DNA from: Chrysomallon squamiferum
Taxonomy: Eukaryota > Animalia > Mollusca
Reading direction: 5' to 3'
NCBI GenBank assembly: GCA_012295275.1
Contig: CM022672.1
Span: forward strand, 2,728,001 to 2,792,000
Length of the DNA: 64,000 nt
The stretch's first letter is position 1. Every line of letters begins with the position of its first letter. This document shows positions 57,001 through 64,000 of the stretch, in pieces. A program made the translations under genes and the position numbers. The notes under the pieces are model-generated. The model was not told where the DNA came from, did not search any database, and saw nothing but the letters and a program-made list of their open reading frames with translations.

Positions 57001-60000
57001 TGTAAAATCTGTCTCTTAATGCATGTAATAAAAAAAAAGATATAAAAATACAAATAATACATGTTTGTTAGGTTAGGATCAATTAATGTTTGTTGAACAA
57101 CATAATAGATTTTAAAGCGTTTATGTAGTGGTTTTAATTATTGTAACAATCTGAGTATAATATTCTTATATGCTTTTTCCTTTCACATATCAATTTTAAA
57201 ATATTCTTCCTTCATTTTGAATTATATAATAATAAGATTTGTATCATTTCTAAACTTTATATTTTTTATTTTAAAAAGTGATAAATAATACACATGGAGG
57301 GAAAAAAAAAAACATGTAAAATTTGAATCGCATTAAAACATTAGGTATTTCAAAAGTAATAAATAATTAAATATGAAATAACAACAACAAAAAAAACCCA
57401 ATGTAATATACATAACATTTATAGAAACCAGTCACAGAGTCTGTATGTGAGTAACAGAAAATGTCTAAAATAAGACATTAAAACATAAATTTTAGGCATA
57501 ACATTTATAATTAAATAGCAGCAGAGGATTTGAAAAAGAAAATTCTATTTTGATGGATGCAGTGTAAATGTATGGGATGTTTCAGGTGGAATTTTAGTGT
57601 TGGAAAACATGAAATGGAATTGTTAGATGGAGGCAAACCAGAAATCACCAACAAATCCAGCGATGAGGATGATGATGGCATTACCATCACAGCATGCAAT
57701 CCTTCAGGTAAAACTGTCTGTCGGGTTCTTAAAACATGCTGTCATCTCTTTATATATGTAAAATTCATTATTATTATTTTTATACCTTAAGGAAACTATT
57801 GGTGACCTGAAGACTGAAATAAGAAAAAGATTTTCTTTCATTACATTCTAGCAACTTTTCATTACATAAAAGTAATTAATTTTTTTAATATATTTTTGAA
57901 GGTCTTTTGATTGATTTATTTATTTATTTATTTATTTATTTATTTTCTGTGCTTTGTAATATTACAGTATCTTCAATATTTCTAAATTCAGAATCATGGA
58001 ATATTAATTATTAAGAGAAATAACTTTTTCTCTTCTTTTATTATTGGGAGAGGTAGGTTATATTTTAATAAACTGCAAATCACCAGATGAAACATAATAT
58101 TATTTTGAGGACAAAATATAATTCAAATTTTGTTTTAATAGGTGAAGAAATCACCAAAGATACAGGTGAAGATTTTGAAAGTTTGCTAAAGATAGTAGTT
58201 CCAGAAGGAATGGTAGTTGCTTTGAGTCCTGAAGATTCATCAAGTGTTCTCTGGCAACATAAAGTATGTGAGAATCTTTTTCCTTTTTCACCATATAATA
58301 TTAACTTTTTAACTAAATATTAAAAAAAAGAAGTAATCTTGAATTTGTTCAAATCTATATTTTTATATATGTCTCTGGAGATCCAGATAGAACATAAATA
58401 TGTTTAAGCTGAATCTCACTTTTAGAATCTTTTATTGTTCAAATTAGCCATTTTTATATTTGTGTGTGTTTGTGTGGGGGGAGGTAAGGGAAGGGAGGAT
58501 GTATCTTGTAACGTCCTTAAAATACCGGTTTTATCTTATAATAATTTAAAGTTATTAAAAATAAAAATAACATTTCAAAAACAATATAAATAAATAAATA
58601 AATTAAAAACTGTTTAGTTTTCTAGTCCTGTTGCAAATGCCTGGCTGCTGCAGTATGGGGTTTTGAAACCAATAAACTTGTTTGACAGTCAACATGTCCC
58701 AGCCCTGTCAAGCTTTCAGCCTGAAACTGAAGATGGTGAACAACAGGATCCATTGTTATATGTTGGTTAGTATTTTTAGAGCAGTCGCCTGAAAAAATGT
58801 TTTTGAAATCATCATCTGATATATTGAGAAATAAAATCATTTTTGAATAGATTATCTAATAGCGAAAGATATTTTTGCAGTAAGTATTACTTACAGGAAT
58901 TTTTTTTTATTTGTTTCTGTTTTCTCAATGTATCATCTGTAGAAAAAACAGTAATAATCTTCATTAACAGTATTGTTTCTAGAACTTTATGCATGTGTTT
59001 ATAATTTATTTTGAATATGTAGGAATGCATCAGAGTCAGCTGTATGTTCAACAGTCAGTGAAAATGCAAGAAAAGGTTGCAGAATCGCTGAAGAATTCTA
59101 GACAAAACATTGCTGGCCAAGCTTTACCAAGAGTAACATGGAGACCATATCTCAACACAGGTATGTTGGTTGAACCAGCATTGATAATAAATACAGGTGC
59201 CATTTTGAGAAAGAATGAAAAAAAAAAAAAAAAATAACATGGCATATATAAGCTGCTTAAAAAGTCTACAACTGTTTATTTCAAAGGAATATTTTGTTAG
59301 AATTAAATCAGAACTGCTACCAGTGATGTTTTTGTGTAACGAAAATAGAACTGACTGTCAGTCAATAATTACAATACTTACTCTTGAAGCAGAATGGGTC
59401 ATAGTGTTGGGCTGTTCTCTTTTATAGCTATTTGCTGTCATTTTGCTTTCCTGTGTATGGAAGGGCTTTGAAAAATTGCATACATATAGCCCATAGTGGC
59501 TACATTTGTCATAATAACATTACAAAAAAAAAAAAAAAAAAAGCTATTTAATTGAGAAGGGCATGGAAACCTCCAAAAAATATCTATCATAGATATAATG
59601 AAGATGGGTAGAAAACATTTTATTTAATAGATATAAAATATAAAGGCTGCCATAATATTTACCAATATCAAACACTTATTATTTAAAATTAAATTTTTTA
59701 AAATCTATTTCATATTTTGTAAGAGTTTTTAATATCAGTGTTATGTTTAATCACTTAATGTCCTTATTTTAACTTTACAGCTCTGTCAAGGACACCCATA
59801 ATGAAAAATGAACCTGGCAGACTACCAGTGATAGATGATCAGTCAGATAACAAGAAAGTCCAGACTTCTCTAACTGTCTGGCATGAAAACTACCCATTTG
59901 GTAAGCAGTGTGATGCTTTAATTTTGTAGACTATAAATAAATAATATATATATAAAAAGCAGTGTGTGTGTTTTCTTCAAAGAAATTTAAATTTATCATC

Positions 60001-63000
60001 TCGTGCAACTTTTAAAATATTGGTCTTATATTTTATTATTGTTATTTTAAATAATAAATTATGTTTAATATTTACACATCTGTTTTGCTTGTGCAGTTAT
60101 TTTTTTTTTAGTTATTATTTATCATATTGTTAATTATCATCTTTATTTAACTAAATGTTATTTTGTCTGTTGCGATTCCTGTTACTGCAGACAATGGATA
60201 CTATTTATATCCTGACATTGCTCCTTGGCCTAAGATTGAGCAGCTGCCAAATGAAAGTGAGGCTGAACCACCTGGAATGATGGATATGGTCCTTCCTGTC
60301 ACTCTGTGGAATTGGTGGTATGGTTCATTTACCTTTTTGTATTTCACCCATGATACGATATGTAACATCTGAAAATAATTGCAAATATGCATTGATAATG
60401 TGGAGTCTGCAGATGCTTTTTGTTTGATAAGTGCAAAAAATACTAAAAGGTTCTTTCCTTTACATTTTGCAATGACTTGTTCAGAATAGTTTTAGTTTGG
60501 TTTTAAATTTATGACAAAAAGTAATTAATATTGTTGATTTTTTTTTTTCAAATGGAATATACAAATCAATTTAGATTCAGATATATTTGTTGTAAAAACT
60601 GATTTTTGTTTGTATGAAATTTAAACTGTACGAAATCTATATCTATTCTCAATGAAGAATTGTGACATGTTTAATATAATGTTTTTCAGGAAGGAAGTGA
60701 TCATGATAAGCATCATAACATCTGTTGTAGTCCACATTCTGATAACAAAGTACCAGCAACAAATTCCTTCAGAAAATTCTTCAGATAAACAGGTTAATAG
60801 CCACTAAAATTTTTACAGAACATAAAACTGAAATTGTTTAAATAAAAAGTGTATATGAAAACAGATGAATAATAGGTTTAGATGTAAAAAAAAAAAAATA
60901 AATGAATTTTTATATATATATATATATATATATATGTTATTTTTTAATATGAAAAAGTCAGCAATACCAGTTTAATTTGAAATTCTTGCAGTTGGTAAAT
61001 TACTTTTATTTGTGATTATGAAAACAAACGACTTATGTTGTATATTTCCAATTTTTTACATTTGTTCCTCAAGACCAACTAACTTCTTTTTTTACAAATG
61101 TTAAAATTGGACTAATATGTCAATGGTGATTTCAGAAAATAAATTAATCTGTGTAATTTTTCAGGATAGTGATGGATCTGATAAAACATCTTTACCCACA
61201 ATAGACAGTACTACAAACTTACCAGATATGCAAAAACCAAACAAATATGTTTCAAGGTAAATAAGAACATACAGCTTAAACTGTCAGTAGTGATATCTAT
61301 AATAACAGTTTATAATGACAGATAACTAACTAATTCTTGTTAACTTATTTATTACACTTAATTAAAACCAGTTATTTTTGTATGTTAACTATATAATTTG
61401 AAGTAATTAAAACAAAAATTGATTATTTAAAATTGATATGGCTTTTGTTTTTTAGATTCCTGACAGATTTTGAACTACTTCATTGCCTGGGAAAAGGAGG
61501 TTTTGGTATCGTTTTCGAGGCACGAAATAGGGTGGATGATCAGCATTATGCAGTAAAGAGAATTTGTATTCCTAACAGGTAAAACAATGTCGCAATTATT
61601 TGAGCAAATACAGTTGTCAGTATCTACAAAAATCCTGACAATTCAAATATTTTATTCATTTAATACATTAATTTTCTTTTTTTAAAACAGTGGGACTCAA
61701 ATCCTGCACAATACATTATATCTCTAGTGTTTGGTAGCTTATAATTTGTTGTGAAAATAAGTTGTTACGATCTTGATAATTCTCAATTGTTTGTGACTGT
61801 GATGCTTGTAGCATTTTCTGCTTTTACCTCTGCTCAGTTTATTGCTGTTGAATTCTGAAGCAGATGACGCTGGCAGAAATTATAAAATTAAAATATATTT
61901 TTGAATGTTGTTTCAGTGAAGGTTCAAAAGAACGGGTTCTTAGAGAGGTTAAAGCTTTGGCCAAGCTTGACCATGTTGGTATTGTGAGGTTCTTTCATGC
62001 CTGGGTGGAAATTCCTCCACCAGGTTGGCAAGAGGAACAAGACAAAAAATTTCAGGACAGGTATGGAAAAATTTTCATCAGTTAATTTATATGCCTTACA
62101 TATTTCTGGAATTGTTTATTATGTATAACTTAAATATGTGATACAGGTATAAAAATCATCAGTGTTTAACTAAGGATGTATTTATTATTTTAGACAGTTT
62201 ATGTATATGATTTCAGAATTTTTTTTTTTTTTTCCAGTGAATGTCTATCTGCATGTAATTCTGGTTTAGACATGTCATCAACATCTAGGTTACCTCCAGA
62301 TCAAGCAGCTGAACCATCTCTGGATGTCAGCCCAGTGAAAAAGCAGAATGTGCTTCTTGGAAATAACAACAATATAGACATATACAACATTTTACGACAA
62401 GGGGAGAGTTCAAGTTTTTCTTTACATTCCAGTGAAGATGCTTCTACTGACGAAAGTGGCTCATACAGTTTCATAGGTGGTGAAACTCAAAAGCCCCAAA
62501 AAGCTGATGATGTGACCAACGATTCATTCAGTATTGAATTCAGAAACTCTGATACAGAAACAAATAACAATGACTCGGACCCATTTCAGGAAAATAATGT
62601 CCCATTTGCAACATATCAACAACTTCCCGGTGTTCATAATATAGAGAAAAGTGACTCTTTTAGTATTGTGTTTGAAGATTCTGGCTGCAGAGATAGGAGC
62701 AGCAGTGGAGTTATGTCCACTAGTCAAAAGAGTAGTAACATTTCTGCTGATACCCACTCTGCACACACTTGTTCAAGGGACCAATCTTTTTTCAATGAAC
62801 AGGAGAATGAATCTCAACCACATGTATGCAAGTGTAATCATAAAAAACAAACTGAAGTATGTGTTCCCAAGTTGTACTTGTACATTCAGATGCAGCTTTG
62901 CAAGAAGGAAACATTAAAGGATTGGCTAAGTGCAAACACTCTGAACAGAAACAGACCTCTTATTCTTGATATTTTCACTCAGATTGTGTGTGCTGTGGAA

Positions 63001-63827
63001 TACGTACATAGACAAGGACTGATGCACAGAGACTTAAAGGTACTGTGGTATTCTGTTTTAATTCTTGCCAGTTTAATTTTTGCATTGAATACAGTAATAA
63101 CACAGAAATAACATTTCTCTGGCACAGAATATGTATATATGAACAGCACTTTCATTTTCTGCTTTGAACTTGGTTAATTAATGCTAAAGACTGTACTAAA
63201 GAAGGTTGTTATTATTTTTTTTTTTTTTTTACATATAATCATATTTTATAGTAAAATTAAAAACCTGTATGTTTTTTCATTTAAATGAAAGAATATGTAA
63301 CTCTACAGTAAAAAAAAGTCTACCATCAGTTTGGTTGTAATTATTTACTAACAAATTATTTGAATGGAAAAAAGAAAAATAACTGCTTGTTAATTGTAAA
63401 TTTTTGAAAATATACATACTGCGATACAGGTACAACTTATAAAGAGAATACACACGGTCAGTTTTGTAAATATTTTGTTTGTACGTTTTATTTTATTTTT
63501 GATAGCTGATGACAGTAAGTTCAATAATGTATTCTTCTATGCTGACAATATAAATGTGAGATAAGTTCTCAGTTTCTGATAGTAAAGAAAGATTGTTATT
63601 CTATTTTTTAAATAACCTTCTTGGGTTACCTAAATTATATTATTATTTTGTTTAATTTTCAGCCGAATAACATTTTCTTTTCTGCTGATGATACAATAAA
63701 GGTTGGGGATTTTGGACTGGTGACACCACTTACAGAACAGGTCTGCAATACCAATACAGATTTTGGTAAAAATATTGCCAGACACACAGCTGATGTCGGG
63801 ACACAGCTCTACATGAGTCCTGAACAG
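53889..63827 (+). CDS. EIF2AK3: Eukaryotic translation initiation factor 2-alpha kinase 3 (PERK), exons 1-16, 3'-partial (947 codons in window)
   Basis: Manually spliced exons: 53889-54061, 55488-55617, 56232-56429, 56830-56963, 57586-57707, 58142-58263, 58618-58765, 59023-59160, 59781-59900, 60191-60317, 60690-60792, 61165-61256, 61456-61578, 61917-62060, 62238-63039, 63663-63827. All introns are GT-AG and the frame stays open throughout. The protein has a signal peptide, an IRE1/PERK-type luminal domain ([28 protein letters not shown]), a TM helix after WWKE, and a kinase domain ([23 protein letters not shown], long insert, [35 protein letters not shown]). Confidence 0.97.
55488..55617 (+). 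CDS. EIF2AK3: PERK exon 2
   Basis: TTACAG| ... [27 protein letters not shown]...QME |GTATAA. Confidence 0.92.
56232..56429 (+). CDS. EIF2AK3: PERK exon 3
   Basis: CTGTAG| [23 protein letters not shown]...GIDANTGQ |GTAATA. Confidence 0.92.
56830..56963 (+). CDS. EIF2AK3: PERK exon 4
   Basis: ACACAG| [10 protein letters not shown]...[21 protein letters not shown](K) |GTGAGT. Confidence 0.92.
57586..57707 (+). CDS. EIF2AK3: PERK exon 5
   Basis: TTTCAG| [13 protein letters not shown]...ACNPS |GTAAAA. Confidence 0.9.
58142..58263 (+). CDS. EIF2AK3: PERK exon 6
   Basis: TAATAG| EEITKD...[14 protein letters not shown]...VLWQHK |GTATGT. Confidence 0.9.
58618..58765 (+). CDS. EIF2AK3: PERK exon 7
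   Basis: GTTTAG| [23 protein letters not shown]...PLLYV |GTTAGT. Confidence 0.9.
59023..59160 (+). CDS. EIF2AK3: PERK exon 8
   Basis: ATGTAG| (G)[11 protein letters not shown]...[12 protein letters not shown] |GTATGT. Confidence 0.9.
59781..59900 (+). CDS. EIF2AK3: PERK exon 9
   Basis: TTACAG| LSRTPIM...VWHENYPF |GTAAGC. Confidence 0.88.
60191..60317 (+). CDS. EIF2AK3: PERK exon 10
   Basis: CTGCAG| (D)NGYYLYP...VTLWNW(W) |GTATGG. Confidence 0.9.
60690..60792 (+). CDS. EIF2AK3: PERK exon 11 (transmembrane helix)
   Basis: TTTCAG| [23 protein letters not shown]...DKQ |GTTAAT. Confidence 0.9.
61165..61256 (+). CDS. EIF2AK3: PERK exon 12
   Basis: TTTCAG| DSDGSDK...NKYVS(R) |GTAAAT. Confidence 0.88.
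61456..61578 (+). CDS. EIF2AK3: PERK exon 13 (kinase subdomains I-II)
   Basis: TTTTAG| [40 protein letters not shown] |GTAAAA. Confidence 0.95.
61917..62060 (+). CDS. EIF2AK3: PERK exon 14 (kinase III-IV)
   Basis: TTTCAG| [42 protein letters not shown] |GTATGG. Confidence 0.95.
62238..63039 (+). CDS. EIF2AK3: PERK exon 15 (kinase insert through HRDLK)
   Basis: TTCCAG| Ser/acidic-rich insert including [10 protein letters not shown], then [19 protein letters not shown]...GLMHRDLK |GTACTG. Confidence 0.95.
63663..63827 (+). CDS. EIF2AK3: PERK exon 16 (DFG and activation loop)
   Basis: TTTCAG| PNNIFF...[10 protein letters not shown]...[17 protein letters not shown] |GTAATA. Confidence 0.95.
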
Positions 63828-64000
63828 GTAATATAAATAGTAAATCAATCCTTTTGAAATTAATTTACAATATTACATATAATCAAACACTGAATTTTTA
63901 TTAACATCATTATTGCTTTTATTCCAATCTTTAAACTGTTTTATAATTAAGCTAATGATTGAAATAACAAACACATAAAAAGAATAGCTACTCATAAGTT

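Overview
AT-rich, microsatellite-dense eukaryotic DNA from an invertebrate animal. A mollusc or other lophotrochozoan is my inference and is not provable from this window. Two protein-coding genes are supported. The first is a minus-strand class A aminergic GPCR with an intronless CDS (11989-13068, 359 aa, 5-HT4/TAAR-like), whose coding exon also carries two in-frame uORFs. The second is the first 16 exons (947 codons, all GT-AG, phases consistent) of the ER-stress eIF2-alpha kinase PERK/EIF2AK3 on the plus strand (53889 onward, running off the window end). The ~40 kb between them is non-coding. It holds simple repeats, minisatellites, non-autonomous DNA-transposon/MITE-like elements (two Tigger/pogo-like), a dispersed ~200-bp element with inverted (CTA)n/(TAG)n arms, several CpG-rich regulatory-looking islands, and a cluster of ~12 degenerate 14-mers ~2.6 kb upstream of PERK. 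Almost all other ORFs in the supplied track are microsatellite or antisense artefacts. I recognised no tRNA, rRNA, CRISPR array or known miRNA gene.
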